This document shows positions 18,674-27,132 of a stretch of DNA of 32,000 nucleotides, in pieces. The notes beneath the pieces are model-generated. The model searched no databases, was not told the DNA's origin, and was given only the letters and a program-made list of their open reading frames with translations. The stretch lies in NCBI RefSeq assembly GCF_023169545.1, contig NZ_AP019769.1, positions 540,001 to 572,000 on the forward strand, read 5' to 3'. The stretch's first letter is position 1, and every line of letters begins with the position of its first letter. The translations under genes and the position numbers were made by a program. The DNA is from Nanobdella aerobiophila (GTDB lineage: Archaea > Nanobdellota > Nanobdellia > Nanobdellales > Nanobdellaceae).

Positions 18674-19218
18674 TATTTTTTAGATTTATTCTTATTTTCT
18701 AGCCATTCTATCTTCCCCAAGCCTGGTTGTTTCATTGTTAAAGCAACTCTCGCTGTAGATAAACCTTTATAACTAACACTGGTTATCCTAGCCTTGACCA
18801 GATCATTGACCTTTAATACCTTTTTTGTATTTTTTCCAACCAATGCTTCTTTACCTGATATAGATATATCATCATCCATTATTTGTGATATATGAACTAG
18901 GCCATCTATTGGTCCTATATTCACAAATACACCAAAGTCTGCAACAGAAGATATATAACCGTATACTAATTCTGATACCATCGGTATATATGATATAACT
19001 GTAAATTTAACCCTATAATATATACCTCCATCTTCTGAGATAAGTATACCTTCTGATATATTATCTATAGACTTTATAGTAACTATAATTCCATAATCTT
19101 TACTTACATTACCTATATAAGAATTTATTAGTGCCTTCTCAATCATCTCACTAACATCTTCCTGTATATCTGACGGTGGTATTCTTACGACATCATTAAG
19201 CTGAATTTCATAAAACAT
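18673..19218 (-). CDS. rpoE: DNA-directed RNA polymerase subunit E' (Rpo7)
   Basis: MFYEIQLNDVVRIPPSD..., S1 domain VYGYISSVADFGVFVNIGPIDGLVHISQI; adjacent to spt4. Confidence 0.95.
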   Translation of the reverse strand: MFYEIQLNDVVRIPPSDIQEDVSEMIEKALINSYIGNVSKDYGIIVTIKSIDNISEGILISEDGGIYYRVKFTVISYIPMVSELVYGYISSVADFGVFVNIGPIDGLVHISQIMDDDISISGKEALVGKNTKKVLKVNDLVKARITSVSYKGLSTARVALTMKQPGLGKIEWLENKNKSKK

Positions 19219-19283
19219 TATTAAATCATCTTATAAACTTTTATAAATTTTGATTTTTAATTTTTATATCATAATTATAGATT

Positions 19284-20675
19284 ATGTCAATATTTGCAGA
19301 TAAATTAATTAAATATTATAATGAAAATAAGGAAATAGTTGATGATATTATAACTATATCACAAAATAGAGAAGTAGGATATTTATTATCTAATGGTTCA
19401 TTTGGTTATAGACCGTCCAAGATCGATTCGAAAGAGGATATAATAAACTTTATCAAAAAAGGTGCAATTTCATTTCATATTTCAATAGAAAGATGGGTTG
19501 ATTTAGATATACTTAAGGAAAAATCCTCAAAAAGAGAAGTAGATGATTATAGACTTGGTTGGGATTTTATAATTGATATAGATTCTAAATCCTTAGACCT
19601 ATCAAAGGTAGCAGCAAAAATAATAGTAGATTACATAAACGAAAAAAATATTTCTCCATTTTACATAAAATATTCTGGAGGAAAAGGATTTCACATAGCA
19701 ATACCATGGGAAATATTTCCAAAAACGTTGAATATAGAAAAAAAAGGAGAGATAATTGAAGAAGAAACTAGAAAACTATTTCCTGATCTAGCAAGATATA
19801 TCGCACTATATATAGCAAATGAAGTAAAAGATAAATTATCAAAAACAATAACAATAAAATTTAGTGAAGAGGAGCTAAAAAATTTTGGAATTGATAATAT
19901 GGATAATTTTGATCCATATAAGATAGTAGAAATAGATACAATATTAATTTCTTCAAGACATCTGTTTAGATCTATATACTCTATAAATGAAAAGACGGGT
20001 AATTTATCTATACCAATAAAATATAATTATATAAGTAAATTAGATCCAAAGGATGCTAATATAGATAATTATTATTATGAAAATGTACCATATTTAACAG
20101 AAGAATTAAAAAAAGAAGAAAATAAGAACTTTAAGGATCTTATCCATGCATCATTACTATTCAAAGCAAATAATGAGATAAATATAAACCAAATGATAAG
20201 ATCTGCCCATGAATACAAAGACAATAGAGAAAATAAAGAGATTGAAAAGGATATAAAGTATATAAAAAACAAAAATTTAAATATAACCGAAGAATTATTC
20301 CCTCCATGTATAAAAAATATATTAAATAATAAGGAAACTGAAGATGGTAGAAAAAGAGCCGTATTTATATTAATTAATTTTTTAGCTAATATAGGCTGGG
20401 ACTGGGATAAAATAGAAAAATATGTAAATGATTGGAACCGAAACCTTGCTGATCCTCTAAAAGATAGATATATTGAATACCAAATCAATTGGCATAAAAA
20501 GATATTCAAAGAAAATAAAAAATATTTAACTCCAAATTGTAGTAATGAAATATATTATAAAGATATTGGAATATGCACACCAGATGATATATGTAAACTT
20601 ATAAAGAATCCAATATCTTACCCAATTAAAAAAATTAAGAATTCAAAATATTCTCAGGATTCTCAAAATAATTGA
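19284..20675 (+). CDS. Single-polypeptide archaeal primase: PriS-like catalytic domain fused to PriL C-terminal Fe-S domain
   Basis: PriS motifs FIIDIDSK, YSGGKGFHIAIP, SSRHLFRSIYS; PriL-CTD-like FPPCIKNIL...GRKRAVFILINFL...PNCSNEIYYKDIGICTPDDICKLIKNPISY with four Cys. Confidence 0.88.
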   Translation: MSIFADKLIKYYNENKEIVDDIITISQNREVGYLLSNGSFGYRPSKIDSKEDIINFIKKGAISFHISIERWVDLDILKEKSSKREVDDYRLGWDFIIDIDSKSLDLSKVAAKIIVDYINEKNISPFYIKYSGGKGFHIAIPWEIFPKTLNIEKKGEIIEEETRKLFPDLARYIALYIANEVKDKLSKTITIKFSEEELKNFGIDNMDNFDPYKIVEIDTILISSRHLFRSIYSINEKTGNLSIPIKYNYISKLDPKDANIDNYYYENVPYLTEELKKEENKNFKDLIHASLLFKANNEININQMIRSAHEYKDNRENKEIEKDIKYIKNKNLNITEELFPPCIKNILNNKETEDGRKRAVFILINFLANIGWDWDKIEKYVNDWNRNLADPLKDRYIEYQINWHKKIFKENKKYLTPNCSNEIYYKDIGICTPDDICKLIKNPISYPIKKIKNSKYSQDSQNN

Positions 20676-21021
20676 TATAAAATTTTAAATCTTCTAAATA
20701 CTTTCTTATATTTTCTATTTCCGATACTCTAAAATAATTAAAGAACCTCTTCCTATAAATATCATTTATTATTATACCTTCGGACTCTAATAAATTTCTT
20801 ATATACTTATATAATTTATTCCCTTTTTTATCATTATCAGTCAATATTATTGCTTTTTTATAATCAATATATATATTTTCACATTTTTTTAGCTCATAAA
20901 TAGTATATACATTCATTATTCCTAAATAAGTCAAAACTTCTTTATCCTTCTTCCCCTCTACAATAATAGCTGTATCTCTCATATATTTTATCGAATATAA
21001 AAAAGATATAGCACCTTTCAT
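20635..21021 (-). CDS. Small standalone Toprim-domain protein
   Basis: DTAIIVEGKKDKEVLTYLG...KKAIILTDNDKKGNKLYKYI. Confidence 0.8.
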   Translation of the reverse strand: MKGAISFLYSIKYMRDTAIIVEGKKDKEVLTYLGIMNVYTIYELKKCENIYIDYKKAIILTDNDKKGNKLYKYIRNLLESEGIIINDIYRKRFFNYFRVSEIENIRKYLEDLKFYINYFENPENILNS

Positions 21022-21096
21022 AATTATTCTTATATTTAATAATATTTAAATCTTAAATAGAAAAAGGTTATATTTTTCAATATACTTAGTTCTATA

Positions 21097-21582
21097 ATGC
21101 CACCAAAGGATAGAGTTGTAGATGGTAAAACATTCTCATACACAGGATTAATTGACTTCCAATTATTCTATAAATCATTGAAAGAATTTTGGGATAATAA
21201 AGGATTCGATTTTTTAGAAAATAAACATGAAGAAAAGGTAAAAGATGATGGATCTAGATCAATAAGTTTAGATTGGCATACAGAAAAAAAAGTTACTGAT
21301 TATGTTACTTATAGTTATGATATTTCGATAAATATAGATAGTCTAAAGATCTTAGAAAATAATAAACAATATATAGAAAACCTAAATATCAAGATAAATG
21401 GAGATATTATAACAGATTATCAAAAATATTTTGGAGATAAACCTTTTAATATATTCTTGAGGAGTTTATTTGAAAGATATTTATATGATAGTGAATTAAA
21501 AGAACATAAAAAAAGTATATCAAAAATTGGAGATGAATTCCTAAATTTAGCAAAAGATTTTAGTGCTTCATTTAAATTATGA
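21097..21582 (+). CDS. Hypothetical protein (possible tandem paralog of the next gene)
   Basis: 161-aa ORF with strong archaeal upstream AT elements; ATGA-type overlap with the next gene. Confidence 0.65.
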   Translation: MPPKDRVVDGKTFSYTGLIDFQLFYKSLKEFWDNKGFDFLENKHEEKVKDDGSRSISLDWHTEKKVTDYVTYSYDISINIDSLKILENNKQYIENLNIKINGDIITDYQKYFGDKPFNIFLRSLFERYLYDSELKEHKKSISKIGDEFLNLAKDFSASFKL

Positions 21583-22118
21583 GCGATTGGATAAAAATAT
21601 ATGAAACTAGGGTAAAATCAAAAATAAAATTTATACCACAGGATTTTTATGAAAAATTCAAAAAAACATTAGAAAAGGATAATTGGACTGGTATTTTTGG
21701 AAAGGATAGATATGAGAAATACTACTATCATAAATTAACTCAAGAAGGGATATTATTTGTAGAATCCCAATGGGAATTAAATAAAAACTATTGGAAAGAG
21801 GAACCAAAAATAGATTGGAAACTAGAAATATCAATAATCATAAATGGATATAATTTAAGTACTATGGTAGGAGATCTTGATATAGGTATAAAAACTTCAC
21901 ATAAAATTGAAGATTTTAAAGATTTAGAACCCAAAACTAAAGTTGAAAATATATTAATGATAATTGGATTTAAAGATATAAAAGAAAATTTAAAAAAGAA
22001 TTTAGAAAAGGTTAGAAGTAAAAATAAATTATCTGACCTATCTAAAAGAGACTTACAACTAAAGTCTGAAAAAATAAAGAGTTGGATACTAGATTACTTT
22101 AAATTATATAAATATTAG
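21579..22118 (+). CDS. Hypothetical protein
   Basis: 179-aa ORF, start overlaps the preceding stop (ATGA). Confidence 0.65.
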   Translation: MSDWIKIYETRVKSKIKFIPQDFYEKFKKTLEKDNWTGIFGKDRYEKYYYHKLTQEGILFVESQWELNKNYWKEEPKIDWKLEISIIINGYNLSTMVGDLDIGIKTSHKIEDFKDLEPKTKVENILMIIGFKDIKENLKKNLEKVRSKNKLSDLSKRDLQLKSEKIKSWILDYFKLYKY

Positions 22119-22489
22119 ATATTAAAAACTTCTATATTTAACTCCTTAGCCCTATTAATTATTTCTTGCCTTTTCTTTTTTCCAACAGTTCTAGCAATTA
22201 TTGCCGATTCTCTATCTTTATCTATTTTTTCTAAATCCATGGTATTATATACTAATCTTCCCATTTTACCATTTGGTAATAGATTCCTAACAACTTTTGG
22301 AGAACCATAACCTACCTCTACCATCTTATGCCTTCCTTTTAGTCTCCTTCTTACTTTACTATGTATACCCCTTGGTCTTCTCCAAGAATCTTTATTATTT
22401 TTTTGTGATATTACTTTCCACCATTGTAACCTAAAATAATTTGGCTTTCTTAATTTTATTCTTCTCCTTAACTTTAATAAATTGCTCAT
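22115..22489 (-). CDS. rpl32e: 50S ribosomal protein L32e
   Basis: WRRPRGIHSKVRRRLKGRHKMVEVGYGSPKVVR. Confidence 0.94.
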   Translation of the reverse strand: MSNLLKLRRRIKLRKPNYFRLQWWKVISQKNNKDSWRRPRGIHSKVRRRLKGRHKMVEVGYGSPKVVRNLLPNGKMGRLVYNTMDLEKIDKDRESAIIARTVGKKKRQEIINRAKELNIEVFNI

Positions 22490-23022
22490 GGTTTTTTAAC
22501 TATGAAAATTCCGTCCTGGAATTTCCTTAAATCTTTTTCTTTTGGCCTTACCGAATTCTCTATTAATCCAGCTAAATTACCCAATAGCTCTATATTATAT
22601 CCTTCTATAGAGATCTCGTTTTCCTTAATATTTATCTTAATATCTTTTGGTATCTCTATCTCTTTTATATCTCTTCCACCCATATAATTTTCTATTAATA
22701 ATTTATTATTTTTATCCAATTTTATCTTCAGAGGAAAATGAACAGATATTGATCTTAATATATATCTATATCCATTAACTAATCCATTAATATCATTCCT
22801 TAGATGCGCAGATAATGTATATAAGTTCTTTATAATCCTTTTAGATGGAAAATATGCTTTTATCACAAGATAATCATTTTCTTTTATAATAATTATATTA
22901 TTATCGTTTATCTTTCTCTCTATGGTACCCTTATTTCCTTTCAATATTATTTTATTATTATCTATATTTATATCTATATTTTCTGGTATCTTAATCTTTT
23001 CCATAACTACAGGTGATCTCAT
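22486..23022 (-). CDS. rpl6: 50S ribosomal protein L6
   Basis: IPENIDINIDNNKIILKGNKGTIERKI...LYTLSAHLRNDINGLVNGYRYILRSISVHFP. Confidence 0.93.
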   Translation of the reverse strand: MRSPVVMEKIKIPENIDINIDNNKIILKGNKGTIERKINDNNIIIIKENDYLVIKAYFPSKRIIKNLYTLSAHLRNDINGLVNGYRYILRSISVHFPLKIKLDKNNKLLIENYMGGRDIKEIEIPKDIKINIKENEISIEGYNIELLGNLAGLIENSVRPKEKDLRKFQDGIFIVKKP

Positions 23023-23053
23023 CTTATCATTATATTACCAAAATATTAAAAAA

Positions 23054-23581
23054 TTATTCTGATATATTCACCTTGAACTTTTCTTTTAAAAATTTTATTA
23101 CATCATCCTTATTAGTTCTATGATTTGATCTTATCTTCGATCTTTTTATTCTTCTATATTGTACCCTATATCCTGGTCTCTTTACAGTTACTATAACATC
23201 CATACCGTATATACCAATATCAGGATCATATTTTAAACCAGGAATCCATACATATTCTTTTATGCCGAATCCAAAATTTCCATACTGATCAAACTGAGAA
23301 TTATTTAGTGTATTATTTACAGATTTTAATAGCCAACTTAATACTTCTTCTGCTTTCTTACCCCTTATAGTAACCTTTACACCTATCTCTAATCCAGGCC
23401 TTATACCCCATGTTTGTATTCTCTTTTTGGCCTTTGTCCTTACAGGTTTTAGATCTGGAAACATCTTCTTTAATAACTTTTCGGCTTTTTCTAAAGGTTC
23501 ACCAGGTTTTCCTACTCCAATATTTATAGTTACCTTGTCTATTATTATTCTTCTCATAATATTATCTTTGTTTTGATTCAT
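23054..23581 (-). CDS. rpl5: 50S ribosomal protein L5
   Basis: MRRIIIDKVTINIGVGKPGEPLEKAEKLL...KTRAKKRIQTWGIRPGLEIGVKVT...IPGLKYDPDIGIYGMDV. Confidence 0.95.
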   Translation of the reverse strand: MNQNKDNIMRRIIIDKVTINIGVGKPGEPLEKAEKLLKKMFPDLKPVRTKAKKRIQTWGIRPGLEIGVKVTIRGKKAEEVLSWLLKSVNNTLNNSQFDQYGNFGFGIKEYVWIPGLKYDPDIGIYGMDVIVTVKRPGYRVQYRRIKRSKIRSNHRTNKDDVIKFLKEKFKVNISE

Positions 23582-24309
23582 TGTATTTTAATTATTGGTT
23601 CTTTTTCGCCTACAACCATTGCATAATCATATATTGTTTGATCTTTACTATTATTATTCAGATTTTGAAATTCTATAATACGATTATTACCAAAGGTTCT
23701 CTTAAATATTCTAATCGACTCCAATTTTCCAACCGAACCTGCCTTGGCACCATAAAAAACATATATTATACTACCTTCTCCTATCTTTAATATATTTGAT
23801 ATTTTATTGCTAACTGTATTTATTACTAAGCTATCCCCTACTTTTATATCTTTATTATCTATTATATAATTATGCCCATCTATTGTAGTAAGCTGTATTT
23901 TTCCATTTTTAATTAAACTCTTTTTCACTATCCTAACTATCTTTATATCTTTTTCTTCTTCAGGTATTTCTAATAACTTTAATTTCAAATTACTAGATAT
24001 TAAAACTCTATAATACTTTTTCAGTTCCGGAAATTGTATAACATCAAATATACCAACTGAATAGCCAAGATCATTTAATTTTTTATTATTTACCAATACC
24101 CTACCAGATTTAATCAAATATAAAGCTTCTTTCTTATCTTTGGCCAATTTCAAATAATCCCTTAACCATAATAATATAGGCATTGAATAATTAAATTTAT
24201 ATCCAGTGGTAGTTGGTCTTATTATCCAATATCTATTCTTTCTACTTATAGGCCAAGTTTTAGGGGCTGTTATAGCCCTTAAATGTCTTTTATTAGAAAT
24301 ATTAGCCAT
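23578..24309 (-). CDS. rps4e: 30S ribosomal protein S4e
   Basis: NKRHLRAITAPKTWPISRKNRYWIIRPTTTGYKFNYSMPILLWLRDYLKLAK...VLVNNKK...GYSVGIFDVI. Confidence 0.95.
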   Translation of the reverse strand: MANISNKRHLRAITAPKTWPISRKNRYWIIRPTTTGYKFNYSMPILLWLRDYLKLAKDKKEALYLIKSGRVLVNNKKLNDLGYSVGIFDVIQFPELKKYYRVLISSNLKLKLLEIPEEEKDIKIVRIVKKSLIKNGKIQLTTIDGHNYIIDNKDIKVGDSLVINTVSNKISNILKIGEGSIIYVFYGAKAGSVGKLESIRIFKRTFGNNRIIEFQNLNNNSKDQTIYDYAMVVGEKEPIIKIQ

Positions 24310-24340
24310 TGTATTTTTAATTTATGAAATTTTTTTAAAC

Positions 24341-24853
24341 CTACTTAAATTTTTTATTAAGCTCCAAAACTTTGCTTAATTCTTCATCCTTTACAGAATA
24401 ATTATCAATTAGTGAGTTTATTTTATCTTCTGGTATATTTTTAGATCTCATCTTTCTCTTTATAGCTTCTAATCTTTCTTTATCTTTTAAATTCAATCTT
24501 AGTATAAGTAACTTTGAATAATGTATTGGTCTATATCTTTCTTGTCCCTTTTTTGTACTAAATTTTGCATTATCAATATATACCTTATACCTTTTCCTGT
24601 CAATATAGAACACAAAACCTTCCACTTTCCTATATTTACCCCTTAATATTTTCACATAATCTCCAACCCTCAAAGAAAGTGAATTTACACCAATTATATT
24701 TTTTATATCTTTAGACAACATTGAGGATATTATCTTTCCTCTAATATGCAATGGTGCATTTATTAAATATTTCCTTTGCTTCTTTGGTTTGATAGAAGAT
24801 TTCCAAGATTTGCTCCAATTAGAATAATCTATAGAACTATATCTTAATACCAT
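24341..24853 (-). CDS. rpl24: 50S ribosomal protein L24
   Basis: SKPKKQRKYLINAPLHIRGKIISSMLSKD... SLRVGDYVKILRGKYRKVEGFV. Confidence 0.92.
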   Translation of the reverse strand: MVLRYSSIDYSNWSKSWKSSIKPKKQRKYLINAPLHIRGKIISSMLSKDIKNIIGVNSLSLRVGDYVKILRGKYRKVEGFVFYIDRKRYKVYIDNAKFSTKKGQERYRPIHYSKLLILRLNLKDKERLEAIKRKMRSKNIPEDKINSLIDNYSVKDEELSKVLELNKKFK

Positions 24854-24854
24854 C

Positions 24855-25256
24855 TTATACTATTATACTTGCTATTTTTCCAATTTCTGCCCACCTTTCT
24901 GTGACCTCTTTTGCTATAGGTCCTCTAATTATCGTACCAGCAGGTGTACCAATATCATCTTTCACAATAACACATGCATTATCTTCAAATTTTACTCTAA
25001 TTCCCTCTCTCCTTAAATATTCTTTTCTTTGCCTAACTATTACAGCTTTTGAAACCTTACCAACCAATGATAAATCTCCATCTATAACAGAAACAGCAAC
25101 AAGATCTCCAATACCTGCTTTTGCATATCTCCTTTTTACACCTTTATAATTATAAACTGCTACTACCTTAGCAAATTTTGCCTTTGAATTATCAGCTACT
25201 TTTAATATAGTACCAATTGTAATACCTTTACTAACCTTAGCACTTATGGACTTCAT
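24855..25256 (-). CDS. rpl14: 50S ribosomal protein L14
   Basis: ADNSKAKFAKVVAVYNYKGVKRRYAKAGIGDLVAVSVI...VIVRQRKEYLRREGIRVKFEDNACVIV. Confidence 0.96.
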   Translation of the reverse strand: MKSISAKVSKGITIGTILKVADNSKAKFAKVVAVYNYKGVKRRYAKAGIGDLVAVSVIDGDLSLVGKVSKAVIVRQRKEYLRREGIRVKFEDNACVIVKDDIGTPAGTIIRGPIAKEVTERWAEIGKIASIIV

Positions 25257-25588
25257 TTTTTATTAATAACAACAAATCTTATAGTTTTTGATAATGGCCT
25301 TGTCTCTCCAATCAATACATTATCTCCAATTTTTATATTTAAACATCCGGGGATATGTGCCTTTATTCTAGATATTCTAATTTCATATCTCTCATATTTT
25401 GGCACATAATAATATCTTTTAAACTCTACTAAGGCTATATTATGATTTATCCTCTTAACTTCTCCTTCGAAAGTAAAACCTCTTATTCTAACATTCCCAT
25501 GCCATGGACATTTCTCATCATTACATATATTTTCTGGTCTTTGTATACCTTCTATACCAATATTTTTAACATAAGTAGTACTGTCCAT
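25253..25588 (-). CDS. rps17: 30S ribosomal protein S17
   Basis: MDSTTYVKNIGIEGIQRPENICNDEKCPWHGNVRIRGFTFEG...YVPKYERYEIRISRIKAHIPGCLNIKIGDNVLIGETRPLSKTIRFVVI. ATG at 25588 preferred over the track start at 25699, which reads antisense through the sRNA. Confidence 0.93.
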   Translation of the reverse strand: MDSTTYVKNIGIEGIQRPENICNDEKCPWHGNVRIRGFTFEGEVKRINHNIALVEFKRYYYVPKYERYEIRISRIKAHIPGCLNIKIGDNVLIGETRPLSKTIRFVVINKK

Positions 25589-25602
25589 TTTATGATATAA
25601 AT

Positions 25603-25610
25603 TATAAATA
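25603..25610 (+). promoter_or_regulatory. Putative archaeal TATA box for the C/D sRNA / DUF488 transcript
   Basis: tataaata motif about 25 nt upstream of box C (25631). Confidence 0.45.
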
Positions 25611-25627
25611 AGTTTAAAAATAATGAT

Positions 25628-25683
25628 AATGTGATGAAGGATCAACGATCTGATAAAATGATGATTGATGGGCTGGCTGAAAT
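25628..25683 (+). ncRNA. C/D box sRNA (2'-O-methylation guide)
   Basis: C GTGATGA (25631-25637), 12-nt AGGATCAACGAT, D' CTGA (25650-25653), TAAA, C' ATGATGA (25658-25664), 12-nt TTGATGGGCTGG, D CTGA (25677-25680). All four boxes and both 12-nt spacers are canonical. Confidence 0.88.
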
Positions 25684-26188
25684 ATATACTCTTGGCCATT
25701 CTAATAGAAATATTAAAGATTTTATAGGAATATTAAAAGAAAATAACATGAATATTTTAGTAGATGTAAGATCCCTTCCAGGATCTAAAAAATATCCAGA
25801 GTATAATAAAGAGAATTTAGAAAAAACATTAAAAGATCATGGAATAGAATATATACATATAAAAGAACTCGGAGGATTTAGAAAACCAAATAAAAATTCT
25901 AAGAATAGTTTTTGGATTAATCCAAGTTTTAGAGGATTTGCTGATTATATGCAATCTGACGAATTTAAAGAAGGGATAAAAAAGTTAATAGATCTAGCTA
26001 AAAATAAGAGGGTTGCAATAATGTGCTCTGAATGGAACCCATATAGATGTCATAGAAGATTAATTTCTGATTATTTATCAATAATATATGATATAAGAGT
26101 TATACATATAATAAATATAAATAAAATAGAAGAACATAAAGTTACAAAATCTGCAAAAATAATTGATGGGAATATTATTTATGAATAA
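25658..26188 (+). CDS. DUF488 family protein
   Basis: IYTLGHSNRNIKDFIGILKENNMNILVDVRSLPGSKKYPEYN...FADYMQS...VAIMCSEWNPYRCHRRLISDYL. Start uncertain (GTG 25631, ATG 25658 or ATG 25661). Confidence 0.88.
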   Translation: MMIDGLAEIYTLGHSNRNIKDFIGILKENNMNILVDVRSLPGSKKYPEYNKENLEKTLKDHGIEYIHIKELGGFRKPNKNSKNSFWINPSFRGFADYMQSDEFKEGIKKLIDLAKNKRVAIMCSEWNPYRCHRRLISDYLSIIYDIRVIHIININKIEEHKVTKSAKIIDGNIIYE

Positions 26189-27110
26189 TTGATATTAATA
26201 ACTTTTCTGCCTCCTCTAGATAATTGTTATTGATTTTATCTATAGTATCCGCCTCAGAATGATAAGATTTTATCCAGGTATTTATATCCGATTCTGTAAT
26301 CTGTATTGATTTATCATAAAAATCAGTATTCATTATAGGAAATGCTTCTTTAATAAATTCTTTAGTCATTATTGGTTTTGTAGAACCAAACATATCTACT
26401 ACTATAATTTTTTTTGATGAATGCATTAATTTCTTATACTCATATTCAAATAATCTATAACCATAGCCCCAGTAATAAGGTTTATCATAAGATAACTCTT
26501 CAGATCCTGAAAACACAATTAATGATTCTTTTAAATTTATTAAATTATCCAAAATGTTATATAATAATAAGGCAGTACCAGATGAATTGTCTACTGCTCC
26601 ATTAAATATAGTATCAAAATGAGAGAACAAGATATATTTTGGATTATTTATATTCCCAACTAAGATATTCTCTGTTTTAATCAATTTTTTATCAATATTA
26701 ACATAGACTTCTATATTTTCTGAACTAATAACCTTATCTAAATCTTCTTTTTTTATATTTATTACAGGAAAATCATAATATATTACACCTGAATAAGCAT
26801 TATAATACTGATTAAAATTTATATGAGGTATTTTTATGTCTTGATATATATTTTGACTTGAATATATATTTTTATCTTCAAAAGAACCAGAATAAAATGA
26901 ATTTGCTTTTCCAATTATTTTTTCACCTGTCTCTAATTTTATATATGAACCTTTATCTATAGGAATTTCTACATAAAAATATTGATCATTAAAATCTATT
27001 CCATTACCTGTTAATTTTTCCTTTATATAATTTGCAACTTTATCTAAGTTTATTTCATTATTTCTGGGAGAAAAATTTTCTATATCATTTATTATATCTT
27101 TTATGATCAT
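26175..27110 (-). CDS. M28-like (aminopeptidase/Zn-peptidase superfamily) protein
   Basis: YILFSHFDTIFNGAVDNSSGTALLLYNILDNL...LIVFSGSEE...YHSEADTIDKINNNYLEEA. Confidence 0.75.
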   Translation of the reverse strand: MIIKDIINDIENFSPRNNEINLDKVANYIKEKLTGNGIDFNDQYFYVEIPIDKGSYIKLETGEKIIGKANSFYSGSFEDKNIYSSQNIYQDIKIPHINFNQYYNAYSGVIYYDFPVINIKKEDLDKVISSENIEVYVNIDKKLIKTENILVGNINNPKYILFSHFDTIFNGAVDNSSGTALLLYNILDNLINLKESLIVFSGSEELSYDKPYYWGYGYRLFEYEYKKLMHSSKKIIVVDMFGSTKPIMTKEFIKEAFPIMNTDFYDKSIQITESDINTWIKSYHSEADTIDKINNNYLEEAEKLLISIIHK

Positions 27111-27132
27111 AGAAAAAAATTATTGTATAATT

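Noticed and set aside
20075-20509. 144-aa minus-strand ORF inside the primase
   Set aside because: Antisense of the PriL-like Fe-S region, whose Cys and hydrophobic pattern is meaningful on the plus strand.
22502-25149. Plus-strand ORFs inside ribosomal protein genes (22502-22687, 23581-23790, 24901-25149)
   Set aside because: Antisense to confidently identified L6, S4e and L14 genes.
25589-25699. N-terminal extension of S17 (MAKSIYFSQPINHHFIRSLILHH...)
   Set aside because: Translates antisense through the C/D sRNA and promoter; S17 homology begins at the ATG at 25588.
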